64,000 bases of DNA from IMG/VR virus record IMGVR_UViG_3300048593_000672, positions 1 through 64,000 of that record, one strand, 5' to 3'. The notes below the pieces were generated by a model. That model saw nothing but the letters and a program-made list of their open reading frames with translations. It did no database searches and had not been told where the DNA came from. Shown here one piece after another: positions 53,631 through 63,971 of this stretch (positions within the stretch are counted from its first letter, which is position 1; every line of letters begins with the position of its first letter). This DNA is from a virus. The position numbers were made by a program, and so were the translations under genes.

Positions 53631-53974
53631 CTAATCCCCTTCCACGCCCTTGTCTTTTTTGGACTGAGCTAGTCGGCGATCAAAATCATCTAATTGAGCT
53701 TGATTAATTTGACGGATTAGCTCATCACTTGATGGAGTAAAGTCAAGTTTTTGGATTGGACGGTGTTGTTCAGTCATAGGAACTGGCCCAGCGTAAAAGC
53801 CCATAATCAATCAACCTCCACAATCTCAGCCCGTAAAATACTCTTAAAATCGGGGTTGGGAGGTTTTTCTTCCCACTTTTTAACAGCATTCTCTAAGTCC
53901 GACTCATCACAATTGGCTTTACGCAAAAGCGTTGACATCGGAGGTAGATTCATCGCAGTAGGTTGAAAAGTCAT
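53631..53974 (-). CDS. Two small ORFs after portal (53807-53974, 53631-53804)
   Basis: 55-57 aa ORFs with ATG starts, closely spaced; below the ORF-track cutoff. Confidence 0.5.
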
Positions 53975-53976
53975 TG

Positions 53977-55314
53977 TCAATGCCTCCCATTAGTTACTAG
54001 CAAATCAAAATCTTTAAGAGATCGCTGAGACACCGGCTCACTCCCAACCCCGCCCATATCCAAATCACTAATACCAGCAGCAGAAGTTTCATCGTCATTG
54101 GCTCCCGCTTGTCCCCCAACCAATGCTGACATATTCCATTGGGGCCAAACAATCCGGTAAAATTGCCCCGTCTTCCGCCAGAACTCTTCACCCCGCTTTA
54201 ACTTGATCTCGGTGTCAATGACTTGCCGAATGATTTGGGTTAGAGCATTGCAGTATTCGTTGCGGAGTCGGGCGTGCTGAAAGGCTGGTTGGGCCGATAG
54301 CTCCCTAGCAGATCCCGTCATTGCCCCTGGGAACAGGTAAAGGGGCCAGCCAGGCAGCATCATCTTGAATCGCCATTGAAGATAAACGTCAATGAGAGTT
54401 TGAAGGTTGGGGTTTTGGGAGCCAAGTTTTTTAATGTCAGCCCCAGGCAGCATATACAAGTCAGTTACTACACCATTCAATTTATTTGCTTCATGCTTTG
54501 TTATATAAGTCTCACGACCAGCACTATTCATTAAATCAAACGTATGGACGTTGGGATTGATACCGATGTCATTGGCGGCGATCGCCAAATCGTGAGTAAT
54601 CTGCTTAAGTTTTGCCCAAATCCCAGTTGCTACGCTGGTCTTCCACTCCGACTTACCGTAAAGATGTTGCTGGTTACGCCGGAGGTGAATAATTTTCCAT
54701 GCGGGGAATTGAATCGCCTCTTTATCATCCAGGTAACGACGTTGTTCAAACCCAGTCAAATAGCCATTATCTTCTTCCTTCCGAAACATCTCAAACGTAG
54801 GCAAAAACAATGTTCTTCCCACCGTAAAGCCAGACCCATCCTTCTCCAATCCAATCTCTAAAAAGGTATCGCCATATCCCAACCATTGCTTTAAAGCCAA
54901 TTTGAGCTTATCCCCACCGATCACATATTCACCTGGCCAAGACTGACGACGGATAATATCAAGCCCGCAGTCGTAAACCCATTTATCAATCGGCGTAAAA
55001 TCTGGCTTTTGGGCAGTCCCATAATTAAAGTCTGGTGCAATCGTAAAACCCTGATCATCCCCATCCGTAGAGCCGTAAACCGCATTCACCGCAAGGGTTA
55101 GGGTGTGATCAATCTCATAACAATACTCGCAAGCCTCAACAATCTCCCTGGTAATCCCCCGCCGATCTTGCCGAACGATATTCTCTCCAATCTCCAGGTC
55201 ATAACGCTTAGAGTGATCCAAGCCAGCATAACCCACCACTGACAAAGGACGTTGCGATCCATCAATACCAGCAGAGGGATTTTGGTTGGGCTTGGATTTT
55301 TTCTTTTTAGCCAT
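53977..55314 (-). CDS. Portal protein
   Basis: YGDTFLEI, KIIHLR...LYGKS; downstream of terminase. Confidence 0.8.
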   Translation of the reverse strand: MAKKKKSKPNQNPSAGIDGSQRPLSVVGYAGLDHSKRYDLEIGENIVRQDRRGITREIVEACEYCYEIDHTLTLAVNAVYGSTDGDDQGFTIAPDFNYGTAQKPDFTPIDKWVYDCGLDIIRRQSWPGEYVIGGDKLKLALKQWLGYGDTFLEIGLEKDGSGFTVGRTLFLPTFEMFRKEEDNGYLTGFEQRRYLDDKEAIQFPAWKIIHLRRNQQHLYGKSEWKTSVATGIWAKLKQITHDLAIAANDIGINPNVHTFDLMNSAGRETYITKHEANKLNGVVTDLYMLPGADIKKLGSQNPNLQTLIDVYLQWRFKMMLPGWPLYLFPGAMTGSARELSAQPAFQHARLRNEYCNALTQIIRQVIDTEIKLKRGEEFWRKTGQFYRIVWPQWNMSALVGGQAGANDDETSAAGISDLDMGGVGSEPVSQRSLKDFDLLVTNGRH

Positions 55315-55402
55315 AACAAAATTATAACCTACTTTAGTCCGTAGCTTGACAACTGTGATTAAAGTTGATAGGTTGATAACTAACTAACACCAGCGAGGTA
55401 AA

Positions 55403-55786
55403 ATGACAGGAAGACGTTGGACAGAAGAAGAGGAATTTTTATTGGAGTCTTTAGCGGGTGAATTGCCAGTCCAAGAAATTGCCAAAAAGCTAAAACGTAA
55501 CCGCAATGCTGTTGAAATGAAAGCATTTAGGATGAATTTATCTATTCAAACAGAGACGGATAACTGGTCTATAACAGCACTAGCTAAACTATTAAATATT
55601 AATCCCTCAACAGTATTTGAATGGATCGCAAAAGGTCACTTGGGGGGGCAAAAAGTAGGCAGATCACGAACATCTTCCTACAAAATATCAAAAAAAGAAT
55701 TTAAGTTGTTCTATGAAACGTATGGGCCACGCAAACAAAGCCTTAAAAGACTTGATCCAGGCATCATCAACTTTTTGATTAATTAA
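55403..55786 (+). CDS. Myb-like plus MerR/excisionase-type HTH regulator
   Basis: RRWTEEEE...IAKKLKR; LAKLLNINPSTVFEWIAKG; own promoter TTGACA at 55346. Confidence 0.7.
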   Translation: MTGRRWTEEEEFLLESLAGELPVQEIAKKLKRNRNAVEMKAFRMNLSIQTETDNWSITALAKLLNINPSTVFEWIAKGHLGGQKVGRSRTSSYKISKKEFKLFYETYGPRKQSLKRLDPGIINFLIN

Positions 55787-56340
55787 CGGGTAAATTCGCC
55801 TGGTTTGCTGGTACTTCCGTGGTCTCGGCGATCAACTGTTGGTATATATTGACGCATCTGTTTTAGATAAGCGTCAGCCTCTCGCTCTCTTTCTTTTATT
55901 TCCCTCAAATCATTTCTTATGTGATTTACTGTTTCCTCTTTTCTGTATTGATCTTGACCAAGCTGTGTTATTTTTTCTCCAATTGCAATCATTGACAGCC
56001 TAAATTCTTGAGAAATCAAATTAAATTGATTGATAATCTCTTGGCTAGATATTTTCAATTCAGAAGAAAAAGTAGCCCGATCATTCTGCCTTTGAGTTTC
56101 TAAGTTTTTTTTAGTATCTTCAAATTCCTTGGCAACTTCAACTTTGTGCTTGTCCAGTTCTTTTTGTGTAACATTTATGTCTGTTCTGATTCGTCCCATC
56201 CACAAAATAGCAGGAACAGAGACAATAACTAAGCTAATAAACGTCCCCGCCCACCACTCAAAAGGAAGTTGCAAGTTTTTCGTGCTAACTTGATGCTCCT
56301 CTGTTGAGGGATTAACAGCCAAGTAGTATTGGTGTTGCAT
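55783..56340 (-). CDS. Membrane-anchored coiled-coil protein
   Basis: One transmembrane helix followed by a coiled coil. Confidence 0.55.
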   Translation of the reverse strand: MQHQYYLAVNPSTEEHQVSTKNLQLPFEWWAGTFISLVIVSVPAILWMGRIRTDINVTQKELDKHKVEVAKEFEDTKKNLETQRQNDRATFSSELKISSQEIINQFNLISQEFRLSMIAIGEKITQLGQDQYRKEETVNHIRNDLREIKEREREADAYLKQMRQYIPTVDRRDHGSTSKPGEFTR

Positions 56341-56342
56341 AA

Positions 56343-57923
56343 TTAAATATACCTATTTTGTCTTGACTGTTGAGGGAGATAACCAACAAAGCTTGTATCT
56401 GAACTGATTATAATTGCATTTTGGGCGTTTGTGACCTGTTCATAAGCCCCAGTTGCCGAATCCACGATGTCATTGACGGTGGCCTTGAATAAACCGTCAA
56501 AACTTTCGACAGCCGATAAAAACTGGCTATTCCAATCCCCCCGAATCAAAAATACATGGCCCTGTTGTGCCTGAGTAGCTAAAGGGAGTGCTCGTTGCAG
56601 CTTGCTTTTGTCGGGTTTGATGGCCCTAATATCAAACTCCCTATTGATCGCTTGTAGTTCCTCCGCAAAATCACTCTCTAAAATTTTAGAACTGGCCCCA
56701 CCCTCTAACTCATAGCGGATTTTGGTATTTATCCCATCGGCGATCGCCGTTCCCTTGATGGCCTCAAAAACTTCCCCCGCCTTTCGTTGAAATACCAGCA
56801 GGTCGAGAATGTAAATGTTTGTGCCGATCATTGCCATCAAACAACCCGCAGTTGAACAGGTCTTTTTCCCCGCATCCTCCCGACTGGTAGCAGCCAAATC
56901 CCAAAATCGAATTTTAATAAGCGGCTCACAGGGTAAATCAGCATAGTCAATGACTTTAAACCATTCACCACTAAAGACAAGACCAGCTTCATACCTGATT
57001 TTCCAGTTCCCGAATAGCAATCGTTGACGTTCAACTTCATGTAAAGCGTTTAAGTTGGCCAAGTATTCAGGGTTTTTGCGGAGAAGGGCGGGGTTGTCAT
57101 AGATACTGGCGGCAATGAAAGTAAACGACTTAATCATGTCATCGTAGGTCACAAGTCCATTACTTCCCTCTACGATCGCCCGTAATTTCTCTTTATGTTC
57201 TTCTATTAATTCCTGTTTAGTATCTCCCCAGTAAGTTATCTCGTTAAATCGCAAAAAATACCTAATAACACCAGATCGTTCCATAATGGGATAGCCAGTT
57301 TCAGGATGCCACCACCACTGAATAAATGACGCAACCCAACTATCAGCGTCGGGGTTCATTGTTGCCCTTACTTTTGGCTTAATCCCACAGCCAGAACGGT
57401 TCCGAGACAACATATAGAAAAATTGATTTTCGTGAAAATGGCACAATTCATCAAACCCAATCCAACAAAATTGCGCTCCCTGATAATCATAAACAGAATC
57501 CTCATGCTGTAAAGGTCTAAATGTTATTTCCGATCCCGTTGACCATCGCCAAGTTGGTGGTTTACTGGTAAATCGCCCCCCAATCTCCCGATAAAGTAAT
57601 TGACTTTCGGAGATTAAACCACCAGAGTTTGTTAACTGAGGATACGATCGCCTAAAAAATACAGCGTTATAGCCCGATGTCTGTATTGACTTTTGTTTTG
57701 CAGCATCAATTAACAAGAATGCTGATTTCCCTGAACCTGCGCTTCCCCCCGTAAAAAGCACATCAACCGGACAATTAAACATCTCAGTTTGTTTGCCTGG
57801 TTGTGGCGGTGGAAGTGGCCATTCAACTTTTGTGGTCGCTGAAACTTTAGCCCTAGTTGACTCTAGACAATGCCTTCGCAATTTAGGGCTAAGTAGTTGG
57901 GATGGTGAAACGCTATTTGCCAC
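56343..57923 (-). CDS. terL: Terminase large subunit
   Basis: GGSAGSGKS, FDEL, ATMNP, RFWDLAA, DIVDS. Confidence 0.93.
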   Translation of the reverse strand: MANSVSPSQLLSPKLRRHCLESTRAKVSATTKVEWPLPPPQPGKQTEMFNCPVDVLFTGGSAGSGKSAFLLIDAAKQKSIQTSGYNAVFFRRSYPQLTNSGGLISESQLLYREIGGRFTSKPPTWRWSTGSEITFRPLQHEDSVYDYQGAQFCWIGFDELCHFHENQFFYMLSRNRSGCGIKPKVRATMNPDADSWVASFIQWWWHPETGYPIMERSGVIRYFLRFNEITYWGDTKQELIEEHKEKLRAIVEGSNGLVTYDDMIKSFTFIAASIYDNPALLRKNPEYLANLNALHEVERQRLLFGNWKIRYEAGLVFSGEWFKVIDYADLPCEPLIKIRFWDLAATSREDAGKKTCSTAGCLMAMIGTNIYILDLLVFQRKAGEVFEAIKGTAIADGINTKIRYELEGGASSKILESDFAEELQAINREFDIRAIKPDKSKLQRALPLATQAQQGHVFLIRGDWNSQFLSAVESFDGLFKATVNDIVDSATGAYEQVTNAQNAIIISSDTSFVGYLPQQSRQNRYI

Positions 57924-58299
57924 CTAACACCGTAAAGTCAGCTTCCCCCATCTCCAACCCTGGGACGGGATTAATACCAGCAGAAGAAGGTTCTGTTATA
58001 TCAAAGCCTGCTTCTGTCAGTTTTTTGTAAGCGTGATTGATTACCATATCTGGGTTGGTTGCAAGTTCCTCAAATGCTTGTGCGATGACCGTTAAAAGCT
58101 CGTCAAATTGGGGGATGGCTTGCTCAATGTGTTCGTTATAAGTCTTGTCTGCCGCTTGCTCTAGCAGCGTTTTTACCGCCGACGATAGACTAACAATTTC
58201 GTCTCGACCATCATAACCCAATTCCCTTAAGGCAACTGATAAAGCACGATAGCCACTCACTTGACAACCTCCTTGATACGCTCTAATTACTTTAATCAT
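57913..58299 (-). CDS. Small protein coupled to TerL, sharing a C-terminal motif with the TerS-like gene
   Basis: AYKKLTEAGFDITEP. Confidence 0.55.
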   Translation of the reverse strand: MIKVIRAYQGGCQVSGYRALSVALRELGYDGRDEIVSLSSAVKTLLEQAADKTYNEHIEQAIPQFDELLTVIAQAFEELATNPDMVINHAYKKLTEAGFDITEPSSAGINPVPGLEMGEADFTVLGGK

Positions 58300-59430
58300 T
58301 TGACGTTTTAGTTGTCAAGCAACTTCAGTAGTCAACTGATTTTGGCATAGCAGCTTACCATTTGTCACCTTGCTAAAAAGTTGGAAGTCCAAAATCGCTC
58401 ACAGCAGGGCTTGTGGGATTTTAGAGTCAAAAAAGTTGGAGCGGTTTTTGAACTTGTGACACGACCATTGATTTTTCCCGTTTCAAACGGAACAACTCAA
58501 AACCCTTGCTGTGACTGATTCTTTAAGGGGGTTGGGGTCATCGAGAAAACGGCGTTTAGTCGCTGAAAGCATTACATGGCAAGACGTTGAGGGACATCGA
58601 GATAATCTACGACTCAAACTAATATCTTTTGCAGACTAATCAAGCTCAGTTTAGATACGACTAACAGCTAAACGTCTCAATATAGCTAAACGGGATTTAA
58701 CACAGCTAAAACGCGATTCTATCCCCATCCCAGAAAGGATCGAGGGACAAGCACCAGCGAGAGGAAATTGGGGAGGGGGATCTGATGTACGAAAAAACTG
58801 ATGTACGCACTAATGGAGGATAGGAGTATATTAATATAGTAGTATATATATGTTATTATTATTATTATTATTATTATTTATTATTATTATTATTTATTAT
58901 TACTACTCTTTTTCTCCCATTTTCCCTGTACTCCTGTTAGTATTGTTAGCCCCTCTGTTAGCTATCTCTATCCCTTACTCCATATACATTACAGTCACTT
59001 TTCTCTACTGTTAGCATCCTCTCTACTTTTTTTATTCTTTTTCTCTAGTATTATATTATGTACTTTATAGAACATCTGCTTTTTTATTTTTTACTCTTAG
59101 TGGGGGGATGCTAACACTTACAGTTACACCAAAAATGAAAGCATTGCGGGGTAAGCACTTCAAGCTTTGTAATACAAATTACAGTGCTAACAGAGGCTAA
59201 CAAAGTTTTCTAGTAAATTTGCTCAAAACAATACATTTTACTGTTTTAATGTTTAACAATATAACGGCGCAGTGGGAGAATTGACAAAAAACACGTAATT
59301 AACGTGTTGTACTGTAAGTTTAGTTTGCGCGTATTACAATGTTAATGATTTTGTCAATATTTGTTAGTCAACAAAATAGCGACATAGATCGTTAAAATCT
59401 AGTCGCTATAATTCTTTCTGCTGGTATTTG
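58300..59430. repeat. Repeat-rich non-coding region; putative replication origin or packaging region
   Basis: (TTA)n at 58852-58900, opposed TGTTAG/GCTAACA repeats, AGCTAAA x3, CTGATGTACG x2. Confidence 0.55.
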
Positions 59431-59433
59431 TTA

Positions 59434-60162
59434 TTAATTATCGTCTAATTCAGCAAATTGGGTGTTGGACTGTTCTGGGAGCATTAGCGGCTCATTTTGT
59501 GATACAAGAAGTGTGGGATCGATGACTTCAAAGCCAGCCTTAGTGACTTGTTGGTATGCTTTATCAAGATCATTTTGACAGCCCAAGTTATTGATTAGGC
59601 TGACGCACTCCTTAAGTAAAACGACTGCATCCACAAAATCTTTCGATGGTCGGGCTGTAAAATGCTGGATTGCGGCCCTTCCATCCTCGTAAGTCCTTAC
59701 TGTGTCCACGTTTACGGTGGGCATAGACGCAATTTCGTCTGCTCTCTGCAACAATTTGGACGTAATACCCAAAACCTTAGCTTGACATTCTCTCTGCTGG
59801 TGTTCTCTCCAAGCAAGGTCGTCCTGTTGGCGTTTTTGCCAGTACGCTCGATGACGCTCCTGCCAACGGTAAACTTTTTCCCAATTCACAAACGACACGC
59901 CAGCACTGCTTCCTTTCGGCACTAGGCGGCTATTCTTGAGATCTGGAGTACCTCCGTTCTGGTCGGGATTGTTTGCTGTTAAGACATTTTTAGACTGTTC
60001 ATCAGCAACATATCGCCGCCATGCCTGAGTTATTGACGGTTTAATACCTGGTAAAAAATATTTTTGGAACTTGATAAAAGCCTCTGAATCTTCATCATCC
60101 TGCAAGTCCCAGATTGGCCACTTACTAAATTCTATCGGTTCTTTATCTGTTACTGAGGGCAT
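59434..60162 (-). CDS. Terminase small subunit-like protein
   Basis: WD....E.SEAF..F..Y and W....RWQER..AY pattern; upstream of TerL. Confidence 0.65.
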   Translation of the reverse strand: MPSVTDKEPIEFSKWPIWDLQDDEDSEAFIKFQKYFLPGIKPSITQAWRRYVADEQSKNVLTANNPDQNGGTPDLKNSRLVPKGSSAGVSFVNWEKVYRWQERHRAYWQKRQQDDLAWREHQQRECQAKVLGITSKLLQRADEIASMPTVNVDTVRTYEDGRAAIQHFTARPSKDFVDAVVLLKECVSLINNLGCQNDLDKAYQQVTKAGFEVIDPTLLVSQNEPLMLPEQSNTQFAELDDN

Positions 60163-60371
60163 ATTTTTGGGTTGTCTCTTTATACTTCCACTCTACCAAA
60201 AAAAATTTTATTACACCACTCTCTGGGGTTTGGGAGTTGAAATATCCCCACCCCCCAATCCGTACTAGTCGGGATTTAGCCTCGGGGGGGATATAGAACA
60301 AAAGCTAGTGCTAACAGATGCTAACAGTACAAAAGTTGGTGCTAACAGGGGCTAACAGTTTTTTTGAACTA

Positions 60372-60545
60372 CTAGTCTATCAACAATGCAAATGCAGTAC
60401 CCTCGAACTGTATCTCGAACTGCTCAGGCCGTAGTCGCAGGAAATCCAAAGCGTAGCCGTAAACACGATCCGCTTGCGATTCTAGAGTGCGATCGCTTAC
60501 TGTTGTGTTGCTAGATTGGGATAGTTTTTTGAGTTGCTGAAACAT
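60372..60545 (-). CDS. Small hypothetical protein (57 aa) with own strong promoter
   Basis: AAGGA RBS and ATG; TTGACA-17-TATACT at 60604-60576. Confidence 0.6.
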   Translation of the reverse strand: MFQQLKKLSQSSNTTVSDRTLESQADRVYGYALDFLRLRPEQFEIQFEGTAFALLID

Positions 60546-60628
60546 CTGATTAATTCCTTTACTTGATTACTTATCAGTATAAGACAATCCAAGTTATTTG
60601 TCAAGCTTAGATTGTCTTATTTTTTGAT

Positions 60629-61615
60629 TTACTTAACTTTGATCGTGTCTAGTCCCTCTGGCATGACAAGCTTGTATGTGTTGGGGGCTGTTAGTTCGTA
60701 CCCGTAGCCATTCATTAACGACGCTTGCCGGAACTTCCAGCTAAATTGCTCAGGATTAATCATCTCGCAGTTATTTGAGTCAGCTAGAGACTGTAAAGAC
60801 GCGATCGCAGTCTCACTCTTGTCCTTAATATTGATCCCATCCATTAAAGCCAATAACGCTAGGTGAGCAGAGCTGCCTTTTTTGACGGCTTTAATGCGAT
60901 CGCTCTCTACCGGCACACTGGGGTCGAGTCGTTTAAAGGGATCACTCAAACCACCTTTCGTATTCCCTGTTGTACCTACACTACGCTGGCCTTGGAGGCG
61001 TTTAATCATCACATCCTCTGACTTGATACACCCATACTCAACCCCTTTGTCACCTAGAAAGCTTTCAAGCTCACCTAAGTTTGTAAAGTGTAATCCGTTT
61101 AAATCTTCTATACTCTCAAAAGTATAAGAAAAAACAAATTGAGCATGATACTTGATCGGCTTAACTTCTACTGCTTTTTGCTGTTTAGCTAACACTTGTT
61201 TTTTGACATTAGCTAATGGCTGAAAATTAGACTTGACTAAATCAAACACACTGCTAGAAATAGCAGTTAAAGCACTGTAAGGCTTGCAAGCGTAATCGTC
61301 TGTGACGGGCCAGTAATAAAGCTCTCCCGACGATCCCGCCAAACCCGTCCCAATCGGCTCATTATCGCTTGCTGGTGTTACTTCTAACGCTTGATCTTTA
61401 GCTTGATTATTAACAGTCTCATTGTTGTCTTGATTGTCGATAGCAAAGTCTGATTCTAATTCACTGATAACAGACATTAATTGATCTTTAATCTCTACAT
61501 CAGAGTCAAGATCAAAGCGTTTATCAAGCTTAGCAAGTTTTCCAAATTCACGGACTAAAGCAGATCCGCCTAACTGAGATACTTTTTTGATTTGTTGTAA
61601 TGTAGCTTGAGACAT
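60629..61615 (-). CDS. Hypothetical protein
   Basis: ATG 61615 (MSQATL) preceded by GAGGG; upstream TTGACA at 61689. Confidence 0.65.
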   Translation of the reverse strand: MSQATLQQIKKVSQLGGSALVREFGKLAKLDKRFDLDSDVEIKDQLMSVISELESDFAIDNQDNNETVNNQAKDQALEVTPASDNEPIGTGLAGSSGELYYWPVTDDYACKPYSALTAISSSVFDLVKSNFQPLANVKKQVLAKQQKAVEVKPIKYHAQFVFSYTFESIEDLNGLHFTNLGELESFLGDKGVEYGCIKSEDVMIKRLQGQRSVGTTGNTKGGLSDPFKRLDPSVPVESDRIKAVKKGSSAHLALLALMDGINIKDKSETAIASLQSLADSNNCEMINPEQFSWKFRQASLMNGYGYELTAPNTYKLVMPEGLDTIKVK

Positions 61616-61774
61616 AATGCTGCCCTCTCTGTATCGAGTTGTTAATGTTTGTATAAATCTAATCTCCCACAATCCCACAACTTTGTCAAGCCTTTTCAGC
61701 AAAAAAGTTTAAATTACTTTTAGCTATTGCTTACAAGCCTTACCCCGCAAGCAATAGCTAAAAAACACGACTAT

Positions 61775-62323
61775 CTAAGCAGCTAAAAAGCTCTCGGACA
61801 AGCGTTCTAACACTTCCCTTTTGCTGGTATTAGTGTGCTTACTTAAAAGTTCCGCGCCATAGGCTACAGCCAGCTTGCGGGCATTGTCTATCGCCTCTTG
61901 ATAGACTGTATCTATGTCCTCAAAAATACTGGTAACAACGCCCTTATTGTACATATCTTGTAAGTTTAGATTAAACAAAAACTCGTTTAGATCTTTACTT
62001 TCCTTAGCTACGTTGATCACAATTTCTAACCGCTTTTGCAATAGCTCTAAGCCTTTAGGGGTCAATTGTTGATGCAATTTATCGCCTTTCAATTGACGAC
62101 TTTTTAACGTTTTATAAACACCATCTGGAAAGTGATCATAGATAACTTCTTTTGTGATTTGCGCCCAAGAGTGGGGTCGTAGATGTCCGTTCTGCTTTAA
62201 TCCTGTAAGGCGTTCAAGTTGGCTATAATACTCATCTTCAAAGCGTTTTAGCCAGTGATTAACTGGCATAACATAGTCATCAATATTGACATTAGGGCAT
62301 TTATCCTTTACAGTGGTAGTCAT
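61775..62323 (-). CDS. P63C-domain protein
   Basis: RF.DEYY..L.RL.G....RP....IT..VIY....KLHQ.LT; promoter TTGACT-17-TATACT at 62425-62397. Confidence 0.7.
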   Translation of the reverse strand: MTTTVKDKCPNVNIDDYVMPVNHWLKRFEDEYYSQLERLTGLKQNGHLRPHSWAQITKEVIYDHFPDGVYKTLKSRQLKGDKLHQQLTPKGLELLQKRLEIVINVAKESKDLNEFLFNLNLQDMYNKGVVTSIFEDIDTVYQEAIDNARKLAVAYGAELLSKHTNTSKREVLERLSESFLAA

Positions 62324-62435
62324 GTTGACCTCTTATGGTTAATGTTTGTATTTTTTGGGCTTGTACGCCCTTTTTTTGTGCTTTCAACACTTTATTAGTA
62401 TAGCAAGATCACAAGGATAAGTCAAGCTAGAACGC

Positions 62436-63971
62436 TTACGGCGCAAGCCTTTCAGCCCCCACCCCCAACATAGTCTCAATCCTACTAATCGCAATATCAG
62501 CATAGGACGGCGAAAGCTCTATGCCATACCCCACCCGACCAGTACTAGCAGCCGCAACAATAGTAGATCCACTGCCTGCAAAGCAATCAACAATTAGATC
62601 GCCTTCGTCGCTGAATGCTTTTATGAACCACTCTGGGAGCTTATGGGGAAAGGCTGCTTGATGGCCATTGTTTTTATTAACTATGTGAATATCTAAGACA
62701 TTACTAGGCAGGGCAACACCACTAACAAGATCGCTATTATCTAGCACCGGCATATTCCAGTGAGTGCCATTGCCACTATCTTCTCTTTTGCTGGTATTAG
62801 TCCCATCAAAGCAATAATCAGACTCATGCCCTACTCGCTCAGGGTAGAAGCGTTCAATTGCCCTATCTGACTTGGTAAAATGAAACACAGGTTCAAAGCC
62901 ATTTTTAAAACGATTTGGCCAACTCCCAGGCGCGGCATTGCGTACCCAGCAAAACTCATCTACAAAACACCAGCCCCATTGTTCAACGTGGGCTATTGTT
63001 AGCTTTTTAACGTATAAATGTCTTTGCCCTTGTTCACAATGCTCTTTAATGTTTAAAAAGTAACTGCCGCTATTGGCTAACCACAGCTTAATATTATGCT
63101 GAACACTTTTAAACCAACCAACATAGTTATCTGGCTCTATTGGCACAAAACCACTATTCTCATCATATTTGCGCTGGCTGGCATAGGGCGGGCTAGTAAA
63201 GATAATGTCTGCTTTTTTATCGCCTAACAATTTGGCCCACACAGCAAGATCTAAGCAGTCACCAACAATAATCCTATGATCGCCTATCGCCCAAATATCG
63301 CCTGGCTTGCTCCTATTCTCTACTATCTTATCATCGTCTAAGCTATTGTTATCAGTCAGATCGTTGTCTGTAACAGCGTTTAAATCGTCGTTAAAACTTG
63401 TTTGTTGATTAGCATTGTAGATATTATCTAAGCTATCAAAACAAGCTAAGTTAGTGACATTATTTTCTAACAGATAACTAGACTGAGCAGCTAACAAAGA
63501 CTGATCAAACAACTCAAAAACAGCTTGATCGCCTAACGCTGCAACGGTTGTGGCATTGTGGTCTATACTATATGCTATTGCGGCGGCTTGACTGTCTGAC
63601 TTAGCGATAGTAGCTGGCACCAACCAATCAATAATCTTGTCACCCTTAAGTAGCGGTTCAACGTCTTTTGGTGGGTCGGTCTTATTTTTTTTGTAGAGGC
63701 TTTTGAGGACGTTAAGACTACGATCATGCCCCTCCACCAGCGTTAATTTAATACTTTTATCGGCTAAAATATCATCTACACTTAAGTCTTTATACTTATC
63801 ATCTAGAAAGACTAGATCGACTTGGATCGGGTCACGGAAGCCATGATAGTCGATACTGGCTAAAGTGTGACTAGTAGAGTGCTTTTTGGAGTTATTAACT
63901 AAGCCTTCTAGACGGGAAAGGGGGATAAGGCGGTATTCAAGCATAATTGGTAAGACGACAACTAAAATCAA
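62436..63971 (-). CDS. ParB-like N-terminal domain fused to beta-class DNA methyltransferase (N4-C/N6-A)
   Basis: GFRDPI...EGH.R; TSPPY, HQAAFP, DCFAGSG. Confidence 0.88.
   Translation of the reverse strand: MILVVVLPIMLEYRLIPLSRLEGLVNNSKKHSTSHTLASIDYHGFRDPIQVDLVFLDDKYKDLSVDDILADKSIKLTLVEGHDRSLNVLKSLYKKNKTDPPKDVEPLLKGDKIIDWLVPATIAKSDSQAAAIAYSIDHNATTVAALGDQAVFELFDQSLLAAQSSYLLENNVTNLACFDSLDNIYNANQQTSFNDDLNAVTDNDLTDNNSLDDDKIVENRSKPGDIWAIGDHRIIVGDCLDLAVWAKLLGDKKADIIFTSPPYASQRKYDENSGFVPIEPDNYVGWFKSVQHNIKLWLANSGSYFLNIKEHCEQGQRHLYVKKLTIAHVEQWGWCFVDEFCWVRNAAPGSWPNRFKNGFEPVFHFTKSDRAIERFYPERVGHESDYCFDGTNTSKREDSGNGTHWNMPVLDNSDLVSGVALPSNVLDIHIVNKNNGHQAAFPHKLPEWFIKAFSDEGDLIVDCFAGSGSTIVAAASTGRVGYGIELSPSYADIAISRIETMLGVGAERLAP

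Noticed and set aside
58300-60360. CRISPR array or mini-array in the repeat-rich region
   Set aside because: Repeats are only 6-10 bp, irregularly spaced and in both orientations; no cas genes seen
3882-60902. GCGATCGC repeats as a novel element
   Set aside because: This is the known cyanobacterial HIP1; used only as host evidence
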